A stretch of 64,000 nucleotides of DNA from Pelomyxa schiedti. Its lineage: Eukaryota; Protista; Evosea. Of this stretch, positions 11,232-24,686 are shown one piece after another. Both the position numbers and the translations under genes were made by a program. How positions within the stretch are numbered: the stretch's first letter is position 1; each line of letters starts with the position of its first letter. A model generated the notes under the pieces. The model had not been told where the DNA came from, ran no database searches, and saw only the letters and a program-made list of their open reading frames with translations. Location: the NCBI GenBank assembly GCA_020536535.1, contig JAHLWZ010000475.1, positions 1 to 64,000 on the forward strand, written 5' to 3'.

Positions 11232-13745
11232 CTAGTATTGTTTGCTATTTCCACGTCGGCCTCGTGACGACTTCCTCCTGTTGGGTGTGTAGCGGTTGTT
11301 TCGCAACGGGTTGTTGGAATGTGAGCCCGTGCTGGTGTTTGGGGACAAGGTGGGGTCTGACTCCTCACCACCAGGTGCTGTGGAGTTCCAATAGGGGGGG
11401 TAATATACAGGAGTAACTGTCGGTTGCTGTATGTGGAAAATAGATGGGGGCTGTGACAAAGAAATTTGTGGTGGGTCCGGGTATGCTGCTGTAAGTCCGG
11501 TGTATGGCAGCTCAGTAGTTGAAACTGGTGGCTGTATGTAAGTAGCTGGAAAGAATGATCTCGGACCAGGTCTTGTGTATTGTGGCTCAACAATTGGATG
11601 TACATAGGTTGCTTGTGGTTGCTCTTGATGTGGAGGAAGAACTTGCGGCGTCTGGAGAGGCACAGACTGAGCCAACACAAAACTTACTTGGCTAGTTTTC
11701 AGTAGCATTAGGTAGTGAGGAACTCCATTGGCGGAGTGTGCAGATTTTAGTTCACAGGAGCTGCAAACCAACTCCTCTCCAGGGCAATTGACACACACGA
11801 AAATTTTTCCTCCTGGTTGTCCCAGTATATCTGCTACTCGCATTTCGCAGCACGAACAGTGATCAAAGCCTTCCTCAAATGTGTGCTGATGTGCCTCCTG
11901 TCTTTGCATTTGTAGATCAGCAGCGTTTTTGGCCTGCCACAGCTGTCTGACTTTTTCTTCACGCACTGTTGACAGTGTGAGAAGAATTTGGGGAAAACTT
12001 GTTGCAACATTCAGGTCTGCAATGAATGTTCAAATGGCTGAGCCCTCTTTCCTTTGTATGAACAAATTGATCAAGGCACTTCGCACAATACCTTTGTTTT
12101 GTTGGCTTTTTAGAGGAGTGGGAAGAGGACGTACTCCTGCCTGCAATGAGGGCAAGTCATATGTGCACAACCTGGGTCTTCACCTTTTTTCTTCCACTCC
12201 TCTTGATTGAGAATCGGAACAAAGCACTTCTGACATGGAATAGATACAATTTCGACCAGTCTTTTAGCTTGCTCCTCTTCTGTGTCATGTCACATAATAC
12301 AAACTTTGAAATAAAAAACCTCTTAGCTTGGATTCTAACAAAGCACGGTGTTGACTTCGGGATGCCTCACGTTCCACTTGCTCCTTTATCACTTTTTCGT
12401 ATTGCGCACATGATATGAGGTAATGATAGGGATATCTTTTGCACAGAGTACAAAATTCCGTATTGCAAGTTTCTACCTGAAGAGGGTGAAAACTAGTACA
12501 AGTCATAAGATTTATTTCATACTGGGCATATTGCAAGTTCCCGTTCGTCGGGGTTTGACCGTTCAATAGTGCCACAGCAGTCCGGTTTTGGGCAACACAC
12601 ATAGAGGGTGGAGGAAGAGGTTACTGCCCTTAGTGACAAGTCTGTTGCATAAAAAAAATTATTCCAAGAGGTTACGAAGTTGTAAAGCTGACCTAAATAT
12701 TTGTCAAAGGTGCCACCATCAACTAACTTTTGAATTTCGGTCTGTGTGTAGAGATGTTCACATGTGGGGCACTTGATGGGAAAAGTTCTGTCTTGAATCT
12801 TCCCTGCAATATATTGTTGAACGCAAGCATTGCACAAATCGTGTGCTGCACTGCAAACCGCTTGTGAAACTTACACAGGTCAATAAGGAAACTATAATGG
12901 ATGACTGTACATTTCATGTCCTCTGGAATGTCCTCCAAGCATATCTGGCAACTAAATGTTTTAATCACTGGCGCAGCTTGTTGTGGAGCGGCGACAGTCT
13001 CTTGTGTTTGTGGCCATATCTCAAAATTTACCAAATTGAATTCTACACCAGGATGCTCTGTCAGGAGATGAATTTGAAAAGCCTCGAGATCATCTTCTCC
13101 ATGTTGGCGACCACATACAGGACAAGAGTAGATTCCCTGATTGTTTGTTGTATGTCCAAGTCTAGACTGCTGAAGTTGTGCAGGAGCATCAACAACATGC
13201 ACGCGTGGAGAGTTGGCTGCCGCTGATTCAATTCCGGTAGGAGCAGCAACTGGGGAGCAAAAAGCAGCCTCATTGTCAGTGTCGTCATCAGTGTCACTTG
13301 GAGCGGAAAATGTTACGCCATTGCCCAGCGGTCTGGGCTGCACTGCGCGAGACTCCAAAGGAGTAGTAGCTTTTCCAGGTACCAGTAGCTCGTAAGTAGC
13401 GTTCCTCCTCGGCAAAACAAACATGCCTTCGTAAGCACCGCCGTCCTGAACGGAGAAAATATCGTCGGTTTCCCGCATCAACCCCGCACCAACGGTTTCC
13501 TGTCGTAGTCGCCACAGTGAAGGATGAGATCCGAGATTAAAGTGTCGCTCCAGATCCGCCGCAGGCACAGCCACCACTTGGTACGGCATGAATACCCCAA
13601 CGTATGGCTCCACAGATTCGTACATCTTCACCTCCAGATAAACGCCGGCGGCATTTTCCTCGCTTTGACAGCCGGCCCCGGCTGAGTTGTCATCGTCCTT
13701 GGGGGGAAGGAAATGCGCCCCGTTCGGCCCCTCGTTGCGCTGCAT
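11232..13745 (-). CDS. RBR (RING1-IBR-RING2) E3 ubiquitin ligase with extra C2H2 and ZZ-like zinc fingers
   Basis: C2H2 CPVC..HLLTEH; RING1 CQIC..HTICNAC..CPTC; IBR CPKPDC..CPVC..FCTLC..H..C; RING2 CQKC..GCAHMTCPHC..YCAKC with the catalytic Cys; then HCSCC..CVNC..CSSC..H and a Pro-rich tail. Confidence 0.88.
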
Positions 13746-14005
13746 CGTTTCGTCGTGATTTTATTTATTCGTCACGTCGGGCAAGCAGCGGCTCGCGAGG
13801 TCGTGTTGGTAGATGTTTGTGGGACTTGCAGAAAACTCAAATTGCGCGCCAATTTGGTGCTTTGATTAGTCAATCTCTCACAGAGCTTCGGTAATAGGGT
13901 TGCTCAGAGGAAGTTCCAGTTGTCACCTTGGTCGTGTGGGTACACAGGAAACTGGTGTTTTATTGCTTCCAAACAAATAAATTTTTTTTCCGTGCAATCA
14001 CGTGC

Positions 14006-14998
14006 ATGCTTACCATCGCAACGTCTGAGAGTCACCCAATATACGCCAATGTTGTGGGGTTGCCCACCGGTGTCCCTGGCTCACTGGGTGCGACTCCCGT
14101 TTTTGTATTTTTGTTTGTTTTCTTGGTTGGGGCCATGCAACGTGTAATGTGCACTCACTTGAATATTCACTTTTTATGACAGCACTCACGTATTAACGCT
14201 TACATATTCTTTTTGATTCGTTGACTGCTGTCCAGGTTGGCTCCAGGCAAAGTTCAAAAGCACTCAAAGACAAAGATGCATTGGCAGAGGTATTTCAGTA
14301 CTATGTATTATATTATGAAGTCTTCAAATTACAAATTTATGTCTACCATATTTCTCCTTTTTTTTTCAACAACCACACAAAGGGATGTCCGGACAGACTT
14401 GATGAAGCTACAAAGTGACTACAACCTGTCTTTCCTCGTGACCCTGATGACCTCCCGTGAAATGGACACATGCCACATCCCGCACCTCTTCACAACGGCC
14501 GCTGAGCTACACATCGAGACGGCCCACTACCCCATCCCCGACGGCGGAATCCCTGCCGAGGACGACGCTTCCACCTCGGAATTCCTCGCACTAGTGGTGA
14601 GACTCACAAAGGCTGTTCTATCAGGCCGCACTGTCATCGTGCACTGCCTCGGGGGTCTGGGCAGGAGCGGGACAATGTGCTGTTGTGTTCTCATCATGCT
14701 CAACAGATTCCTCTTTCTATCATCTGGAAACATAACCACTACCCCTACAACTGCAACTGCGAATGCAATTGCAGAAACCGCAACTGGAAATGCAATTGCA
14801 ACTCCCGAAACAGCAACTGCAAGTGCGCATACAAATTCGGATGGACGCAGGGAAGTTCCCCTGAGCAGTGTGATTGCCTCAGTGCAGACAGCCAGGCCTG
14901 GTGCCATCAAGAGGAAACATCAGATGGACTTTGTTGGCAGGTTCTACAACAAGGCCTCCCTCCTCACCGAAGACCGCGTCAGGCAACTAATGTCATGA
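14006..14998 (+). CDS. CDKN3/KAP-like Cys-based protein phosphatase
   Basis: HYPIPDGGIP general-acid loop, VHCLGGLGRSG CX5R motif and RPGAI. RDVRTDL and the N-terminal SESHPI are typical of the CDKN3 family. Confidence 0.82.
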
Positions 14999-15162
14999 TT
15001 CCTGCACGCGTGACATTAAAAAAACAAGGGCCTTCAATTCTCCAATTTCCCCAAAAAATAATGATGACCTGAATCACAGAAACAAAGGCGAAAAAAAAAA
15101 GAAGCGAACAAACTACAAAAAAACAAAAAGAAAAAAAACCCATCGAACACACGAAGGGAGTT

Positions 15163-16133
15163 ATGTCTGACACAAGGCAGACAGCGAGATCTGGGAGCGA
15201 CAACAACATGACTACGGCACATCAAGTGGCAACGCTACAGACGTTGTTCCCTAACGCGCCGGTGTTTTTGATTGAAGCCGTTGTTTCGGCGTCACGAGGA
15301 AACATGGAAACAGCCGTTCAGTTGTTATTGTCCCTTGCCGGTCCTCCGACTAACTCTCCCCAGGTTTGTTGTTTTTTTGTTATTGTGACATTGTGCCCTT
15401 CTTCCGTGTCATTGTTTCATGGTTTTTCTTTGCGCAGTGTTCGTCTTATGCGGTGGCAGTAATTTTTTTTGAACATGTTTTAACTTGCTTGTAGGGAAAT
15501 GCTGTTTGTGGCCCACCACCACACCCACCACCGGCAAGGAATACTACTAACGGCCCTGCAACACGCACTGCCGTGGCGAATCCTCCTCCACCCCCGCCAC
15601 CCGCGGTGCAGATGCCTGCTTATCCGCCGTTTTACGGGGCTCCTCCTCCACCCCCAGCTTTCCCGGGCACTGGAGTTCTCGACGTTTCCTCACTCCTGCT
15701 GCAGGTCGAGAAGCAGCGCCAAGAGATAGAAATGCTTAGGATCCTACTGCAGCAATCACACACTCCCCCAACCACTCCCCCTACACCCCTAATTCCAACC
15801 CCACAAATCACCTCAACCCAAACCCTACATGTAAATACAATGCCCCCGCCCCCACCCGCCCTATCAACCGCAAACACCGCGAGCACTCTAGGGACCTCCG
15901 CAACACCAGCCACTGCCTCCAGTGCACTCCACAACAGCGCCACAAACCCTGACCCTGGCTCCCAATCATGGCTCTCACGAATGGTGTATGCACCGGTCAG
16001 GACCTTTGAGCAATGCCGGGACAGGATAGAGCAGCTCACAGTAGTCCAGCAATTCCTTCTCAACCGCGTGCACCCACCCTCTGCATCCACGTCCACATCA
16101 TCCAGCACACTCCCCCACTCCAAACGTTCCTAA
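15163..16133 (+). CDS. CUE-domain, proline-rich protein
   Basis: LQTLFPNAPVFLIEAVVSASRGNMETAVQLLLSL matches the CUE FP...LL pattern. An intron at about 15364-15495 is followed by a Pro-rich exon. Confidence 0.75.
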
Positions 16134-16243
16134 CAGCCAGAGTTGTAAATAATTGAGAAGAGCCCTGTTACTTCTATCTCCTTTCGTGCTGGCGTTTTAC
16201 TTTTTTCTCACGTTTTCGTGATTTTACGGGAAACCGATTCGGC

Positions 16244-19200
16244 ATGTACACCGGTGGGACAACAACGGGTGTTGTTGATGTGAGGGTGGCGTCATTTGCA
16301 CACGCTGACACCGTGGGCAACGTGTCTAGCCTCGTGGTAAGTTGCTTGTTTCGCCTCCGTGTATATGGCAAATTATGGTTCGCATTTTTGACTGGGTTCG
16401 CGATTGCAGGATAGGCGCATTGGAAAAACTGTGCGAAAGATCACTGGGAGCAGTTGCTCTGTGAGTGCAAATGGAGGGCTCGTGACGTCAGGCGCCAGTT
16501 TCGTCTCATTTTGGAGGAGGGGTTCCAATCGGGACTCTCTTGGGAATGGTCAATTTTGCTATGTTCTGTGCCGTAGTTTGGCTCCTCTACCTTGGGCTAT
16601 TGAGGTCAATGTAAGGGTCAAATCACACAGTGCTACAGGAACTTCCCTCCAGTTCCTTTTTTGCAGCAAATCCAAAGCAAATGTGTGTAGAGAGCACCCT
16701 TCACAGCTAGTCATATGAATATCCTAATATCCTGTTGTAGACAACCCAATGTCTGAGCAATGATCTCTATGTTATATGCCTACCTCAACTGGGGACCATG
16801 TGGTCTGTAATAGCGTTCAACTTGAGCAATTTGGTTAGCACCTACACACATGGTTGATTTGATGCAAATATTTAGTCGTACTGATGCCCGCAAAGGAAGA
16901 AGAGAATATAGGAGCCTCCAAAAAATTACTCTATTTGCAAGCCTAATGGTGTGGACTGTCTTCACTTCGGATGTCGAGTTGACCCTTGAGGTATCACAAG
17001 TTGATTAATCCTGGATGAACACTTATTCATCAAGACATTGCCGTTGGAGATGCACTATCCCCTTGAAACTGGAATATCCAACACATCATGGAGGGCATCT
17101 TACCTCTGGGTTAATGTGCCAGAGACAGTGGGTAATGGCAGTACCCAAACCATTGGCCCTCCAGAACTTGAGAAGCCAACTTCAGGGTCTACCAACACTG
17201 ATGATACAGACTTGGATGAAGCTGAGCTCTCGAGTTATATTGACAACTCTCTGGATGCCCCTGATTCCCCTGGAGTATTTAATTTCATTAAGTTCACGTT
17301 CTTTTCGGTAATATCATATTTAATAGGTGCCATCCAAACATAAAGGTTTTTCCCTTGGACTGTTGTATGAAAGGTATTGCATCAGACAACCACTAAACAC
17401 ACCTAGAAAGTCTTAAGAAAGCCACTTTATCACCCCAACCGATCATTCAGTTTCAAAAGGCACAACTTTTTTTCCCTGTGGCTTGTTAATTTTATTAAGA
17501 TTCTTGGTTGTAACGTGGGAGTGAAAGTATCATTTACATCTGATGGCAGTAATATTGTATTTCCAGCAAACAACATGATTATTAAGATGCATGTTAGGAC
17601 GGGTAGCTCACCTTCCTTATAATAGCAGAGCACTGCGAACTCTTTTATTTAATGGCTTCAGGCACTCAAATTAGCTTGCAAGCTCACTCCTATCCTGTAT
17701 GCCAAATAGCGAACTGTGACAACTCTTCATTGATGGTGTCTGCGGATCAAGGGAATCCCCCGATAGTCTGTCTCTGTTCTGCCTTTCCTTTTCCAACCTC
17801 TGTTCCTCAAGATCATACTTTGGAATATCGAAACAGGAACTGCACTCTGTGAGATAAGGACACAGTACCGGAAAGTACTGCAGTTAGGTCTTTCACGTGA
17901 TGGAGAAATGTTGGCTGCAGTAGCGGCCTCTCCCAGTGGTCTGTAAGATTACCTCTCACACCTTTTCATATTCTTTTAGGAAGAAAAGTACTCAGCCTCT
18001 TCGATACAAGAAATGTGTCGTCTTGTGGTTCTCGTTACATACTGCCTCAATTCTGGCTGACCTGTGCTAGGGAATATTGGAATCATTGCCACTCACTCTC
18101 ATAACTACAATGTGAATTGTATTATGTTCTTGCCAGGTAATAAGGCCAGACTCGTGGAATGTGGAAGTGGCATACGGTGTGTGTGTATTTTACAACCTAG
18201 CATTAAAACCTCTAGATTTTGGAGAGCAAAAGGCAATTCACTGCATTCTATTCCCGTAGTGCTGGGCGATTACTCCCTCAGAGAGTTCACCAGTGTCAGC
18301 TTCAGCTCAGAGTCCAGTCTTTCCGTTAATCGTCCCACAACAAAGGCGTTTTTCACTTATCTCAGACGGGACTGCAACTTTATGCGAGCACTACCTCTGG
18401 TGAAGTTCTTCAAATAGATTGCAACAATGTACACAGTGGCGGCATGTGTGTCAAGCAGATATTCGAGTTGCAATTGGGTCCCATTTTATCTTTATCTGTA
18501 TCTGTGGATCGTTGTATCATTGGTAATTTTACATTGCACTCTCTGTATAATTTGTGCACTGAAAACTATCAGGAAGTAAAAATGGATCTGTCAGTGTCTG
18601 GGCAATTGATTTCTCTTCATGCATAGTTGAAGCTCCCTTTGAAGGTTTTTTTCCTGCTAGACTTGCCTGAGTTGATTTCTTCTTTTGGGAGTGTAAGTAG
18701 TGTTGATGTTTCAAGGGATGGTCTATCTATTGTTGGATGTACTTCATCTGGGCAAATTGCACTTGTTTCACTTTCGAGTCCATTTCAGCAGGTTGCGAGT
18801 TTCTCAATGCTGAAGTCATTTATCTTATGCACAGACTGTTTTACTTCGTTCCCACATGCATAATGTAACTGCCATGGCGGTCGATCCCTTTTTCAATGAA
18901 GTCACAACAGTTTCTGCCACGTGATTCGTGTGTGTTCTAATCTACAAACTAGATTTCCCAATGTGATGTCAGAGTGTGGGATTTGAGTACTGCCCAGCAG
19001 CTCTATCACTTTGATATTGGCACAGATGTTGGTTTATGCATTTCTTATCACAAGAAACAACGTCATGTAGTCGCTTGTGGTTTTGAAAGTGGAGTGATCC
19101 GTATTCTCGGTGATTATAAATGATTAATTTCTTGCAAATGACTGGATATCAGATATCTCTCAAACTTGTGAGGTGTATAAATTGGATTGCCATAAGTACC

Positions 19201-22200
19201 CTGTCACAGTCATAGCATATTCTTGTTTTTGGGTAAATGACAAGAATAAGTCCCATACCACATCCTCCATGAGTAGTGAGAGATTAGTTTCTTGGTCAAC
19301 TGATGGTCTCCTCGTTCTTAGTGATCCTTCAAATGACTACCAGGGGCTGAGCGTGATTAATACAGCAGCACCTGCTGGGTAAAACCTCAGAAAAAAAAAA
19401 AAAAAAAAACCCAACCAGACACCATAATAGATTCAAGTATGGAATGTCATTGAGTCTTGACGGCACACTTTTAGCACATTTATGTGAATCCCCACAGACA
19501 TCTGAAACTCAGTCACTGGAAGTGGTAGTTTTGGACATACACGAGCTCTCTACAGTGGCAAGAGTTCCTTTGGGAACAATTCCCCTCACAGGAAGTGAGA
19601 TGCCTCAGGGAGTTGGTCTCCTGAAATTTACTCCTGACTCTACGGTGCGTTGTCCCACATTCATCATCCCTTGCCCATATTTTATGCAGGAAATTATTAT
19701 CCACCACAAAGGCCAGCTTACAAGAGTTAATGTTTTCGATCGTAGATCCCAAACCATGGTCTGTTACACAACTTTGAGTTTCCCGCACGTTTTCCCTTAC
19801 CACCCACAGGCAGTACCCTTGTGCTCCTCTTTTTCTGTAAGCACGAATTCGCAGTATCTTGCTGTTTGTTGCAGTGGTATCGACGAGAACGCCGGGGTAT
19901 TGTCACCCTGCGAAATCAACATATTCCTGCATAGTGATTGGTCTCTTCCTCCTCAGGTAGGCTCTAACTTGTTTCACTGACCTGAGTTAATTCCAGAAAT
20001 TTATTGGGCATTGCTTTTGTGCAAGTGATTGCACATTTACACCAACTGGAAAAAACTTTCTTGTTTCTTGTGGCAACTCGGTTTTACTCTGGGAATTCTG
20101 TGGCAGTGTGGATTTTTTTAAGGTTTTCCTACAATGCATCTATTTTCTTTTTACGATAAGCAGGATGATTTGCCAGAATATCCAAAGAATCCTCCCCCAC
20201 CTGAAGGAGTGAAAACCACCAACAAAAGCTCAAGATCACTGCCCGTTTTAGAAAGCACTTCCTTTGTGGATATAAGTACTTTACAGCTTCGGGATCCCTC
20301 CAAGGCAACCTGTACTTTCTCTAATAAGAGTTTTAACGGCTCACACCTTTCTCTCAGTACCTGTCAACCAGGCACAGCTTCCACCCTGTCACAAAACGGC
20401 TACACTCCCCCATGACTCACTTTCGGAGAAAAGGTGAGTAGTCAATACATTCTGCAATAGCCCAGTTTCCACTTAGGTTCATCTCCCCTGGAGGGGAGGC
20501 ACTTACTCTCCTGTCAGTGAACGGTTTTAATTTGGACAAGGACTGTATTTTTTGGAGTTCTACGGTCGGAGTCCTAGTTTATGCAGTTGGATGCACACTG
20601 GTTGTCCTCAACCTTCACTCGTTCAATGTGTCTAGAGGAACTGGTTCACAAAAATTATTGTTGGGACACACAGAAGCCATCACAGTGGTTGCTGGTGTAA
20701 AGTCTGGCGTTGTTGTAGGTATTTATTTATATTTTCTTATATTTCTCGCTCAAATTGCACAGCATCGGGCTGTGGTTGTACTTCCAAGTCTGGAAGGTGG
20801 ATACACTTTCTACTTTGTTCTTTTTTTTTTTAACTCCTGTTCAGATCGCAGATCAGAACCTGGGACACAACAACAGGAGCATGCCAACACGTTCTGTGTT
20901 ACCATAGGTCACCAATCCAGGCACTCAGTTTTTGTCCTGATTCTGCTCTTCTTGTGTCTGTAGGTTGTTGAGCCAGTTCGTTTTTCAGTTGGCTTATTCA
21001 TGAAGGTACTTGGGAAGATTCTATTATAGCTGTGTGGGACTACACCACTGGGAATCTTTTGGCTACCTGTGCTTCTAACGTTGCCATGCATTCAGTTGCA
21101 TTCTCGCAAAATGTAAATGTAATTGAAGGAAATGAAACTTCTCACAACAAACAGTGGAAAGGCACCGCCGGGTGTTTTGTAACAGGGGGATGTGGTGCAG
21201 TTTTCTTCTGGAGTTTAGATTCGAGTTCTCAACTTCATGTATGATGTGTTGTGCCTTTTGCAGGTTTACCTTGATTAAATATGTCACAGGTAAACGACAT
21301 CTCGTTGCCATCAAGTTCAACAAATCCCCTCCTGTTGCATGCAACAGCAATAGTCAGCCCCCTGCCTAACCTAGTCATTTCGGGTCTAAGTGATGGATCG
21401 GTTTGCTTTTTTCCCCAAGAATTTCTCCTCACCCATTGGTAAGGTTTTGTTGTGGGATGTAGCTTCCAAAACTCAAGTTGGCTCTCCTTGGCAGCCTTCT
21501 GGTTCTGAAATCAGTACGCTTTGTTTTTTTTTTTTTTTTGGTGTGCATACACTCTACTATCTCTAGGACAAATTTCCTGCGATGGCCACACATTGATTGC
21601 CTCCAGTGGAAGCCCTTACTTGCACCTTTCGCAGGATTTCTTTTCCAATTCTCGTACAACGGTATCACTCAGACTGGGTTGTACTCAGAATATTGTGAGC
21701 ATGGTTTGGAATGAAACCTTGAAAAAGGTCACCTTGTATAAAAAGACGTCATATTTTACCGTGCAATAGGCCATTCTCACAACTGATGATGGTTGTGTCT
21801 GGCTTACAACAAGAAACATGGATGATGATAACTATGATGGTACTAGCAACCAGGACGCAATTCTATCAAGTGATTTACTTATTACGAGCCATATTGGAAC
21901 CATTTTACATTTATCCTATGTGTCCTCTCTGGGCCTTATTTTGTCCTCCTCTGATGATGGTATAACTTTTCAAACCACTAAGTGAAGTTATTTTGCTCAG
22001 GTACATTGAAAACCTGGACTCTTGACCCCTTCCGACAAACTTTTACCTATACACCACCTGTACTTCACCACAAATTTCTTTACCGTTCATTTTTTACAGA
22101 CTCCATCACGGTGTACATGCAACTCATTTCATCCATCTGACCAACAGCTTTGTGGGGGATACGATGATGGATACATTGAATTTAGACATATTGCCAATGT

Positions 22201-23033
22201 TCGCTGTCATCGAAAGTGCAAAGTGTTCACTGATTCCATTCACGCTCTCTGCTACATCTTCAATGGTAAATAGTCAATAATACCTTTAAACCCTTACTGT
22301 GTGCAGGTACAGCTATCCTTGTGAGCAGTTCTTTTCCCTTTCTACGCATCATACCTGCTCCTCCGGCTCCACCCCAGCCCGTTGGAGTACTTAGAGTGAA
22401 CCCTCCACCAACCTCACCTTCCTACATCCATCAGTGCCCAATCAACTCCTCCCTGATTCTCGTTTCATATCTCGCAAATGAAGGTGATGGCAGTGCTTGT
22501 GCTGTTCAAGTACTCCAATGTTTGACTGAAAAGTGGGATGGCGCTTTGCCCTCCGTGAAGAACCGTTTGCTCATTCCTTTGGTATTCCACTCTACTCTAT
22601 CTTTTTTCCAACCTTCTAATGCAGGCCACAAGTGTTAAATTGCCACCCATTGCGCAGTTTTTCTACAGTGAAACCACCATAGTTGTTGCCGTTGGTGAAG
22701 TTATGCAAGTGCATAATATCTCCCAACCAAAAAGCACCTTGATAAAAACGATATCACTGGGATTCACCCCAACCTCACTGGCACTTTTACCCTCACAGAT
22801 TGTAGCCCTTGGAACCCCCGGTACCAACATCGCACTTTTTTCCACCAATAACTTTTAATTTAGACAGACTACTGAGGCTAATATCTTTGGAAACGGGTGC
22901 CTCTCAGGACATGGTTGTTCACAGCCCCTGTTCAATCAGGTCTCTGGTGGCAATACCACAACAGCCCAACAAAGGATTCCTTGTGGGTGCTTGTGCAAAT
23001 AGTATACATGTTTGGAGAATTGGGGGTGTATAA
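16244..23033 (+). CDS. WDR90: WDR90/POC16-like protein (N-terminal CFA20 domain plus many WD40 repeats)
   Basis: CFA20-like N-terminus (DRRIGKTVRKITG, WSVIAFNL..YRSLQKITLFASLMVWTVFTSD..LPLEMHY), then many WD repeats (LQAHSYPV, VRVWDL, LLLGHTEAI, VWDYTTG, HVWRI) across more than 30 short exons. Confidence 0.78.
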
Positions 23034-23166
23034 CATCACTCAATTCCGTAATTGTGAATAAAATTAAGGTTGAAGATACGTGAATCACTTCTTTTATTTT
23101 ATGCAAGAGCACTCTTTAGGAGCTCCTGCATGAATGATACGGGAATGTAGTGTGGCTTGGGAATGT

Positions 23167-24686
23167 TTAGGTTTGATTGTGTCTGCACAGAACTGTTGAT
23201 ATTGGAACAGCACCTTTAATTGCATCCGGTTTGTCTACTGTGAAGACTTCCAGTCCAGCAAGTTGCAGTTTGGGCAAGAACTGTGACATTCCACCCCCGC
23301 AACCAAAGTAGTACTCCTTGCCGGTAATGCAAGCAAAACTGCCGGGTTGTGTGGACAAGGCAGACTTGATGAGACTGGCAAGCGCCGCCATGTTACTTAC
23401 ATTGTAGACCGTTTCAGAGGTGACAATCAAATCGTACTTCAATCCAAGTTGTTGTAGGAGGGCCTAAGATAGTTTGAGGCAGTGAAGGAAAAAGTAATTG
23501 ATGTCTTACCTGAACACTAGCCCAATCACCAGAGAAAAACCGCACTCTCTTGACAGTAGGAGCACAGTTCAACATAATATTTCTAATAGTCAAGTTGGTT
23601 AACACATCTGCGTTCTAAAGGAGTCATTCCAAGTAGCAGAAGCAGAAAGTACATACGTAGTCTTGGAAATGAACAGTGGCACCATGCATCAACGCGAAGG
23701 TACCCAGTAGGCCATGCCCACATCCAATCTAGATCACTAACCATTAAAGGTGAAAAATATATTGTAATAATTGAAGGTATTACATCAAGAACGGTTTTAC
23801 TGTGGAAAAAATTTGGATCAGAGGTCAAACAGCCAGAGAGATAGGCCAGAAGAGTATGCGTGCCTTCCCACACTTTGAACCCTCCTAATTCACTGTTTTG
23901 TAATCTAGTAAATTAGGAAAAGAAAGAGATAACCTTCATATATTCCTGGAACTACATCACTTGAGCTAATGTGACATGCCAGAGTTGGGGCAACCATTTG
24001 AACATACTTCTTGTTTAATGTGTACTTGCGCATAACAGCGCTGCCACTTCCCAAGACTCTCACCTCCTCAATCGGAGGTTCATTACTGTGGTCGGGAACC
24101 TTTTCCTCCGATATGTCCTCCTGCACCTAATAATAATTACCCCATTAGAAACAACAATGGAACCACTACACAACAACGCAACCGACATATACTCACATCA
24201 TCTTCGCCCATAATTAATATCCCAACGGCAGTAGCAAAACACAACAACAACAAAAAAAAAAACAAACCAAAAAAAAACCCAAGAACCCCCAATACCCAAG
24301 CAAACAAACAAAACAAACCCAACAACCTCTTGGGCTACGTGGTATCCCTCGGGTACAACTACGCTGACCTCCTTCACTTCAACGACCAGCGGCCCCCCGG
24401 GCCCGCTCGCCGACGTCGTGGCGTGGCACCCGCTGCCGCCCCAGCTCGCGCTCGCCGCGGCGGAGGCGGCCGCCGTGCCCGTCGCGCCGCCGCCGCCTCC
24501 TCCTCCTCCTGTCGCCGCTCTCCCCACGTCTTCGCCTGCGTCCCCACATCCCTGCTCGTCAACGTCGTCGGGCACGTCGACTGTGATGGTGGACAGTGCC
24601 CCTGGCCCCATAATCGCGGTAGTGGTGGCCGGCGCACTTTGTGCATCGGCGTCCATGTCCTCCGACACCGTCACGCTGGCGAACAT
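23167..24686 (-). CDS. METTL18: METTL18/Hpm1-like histidine protein methyltransferase
   Basis: SDVVPGIYEGGFKVWEGT, VLD.GCGHGL, VHFQDY, FFSGDW, KYDLIVTSETVYN and KEYYFGCGGG. The GC-rich first exon 24686-24327 splices in phase 0 to 24126. Confidence 0.88.
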
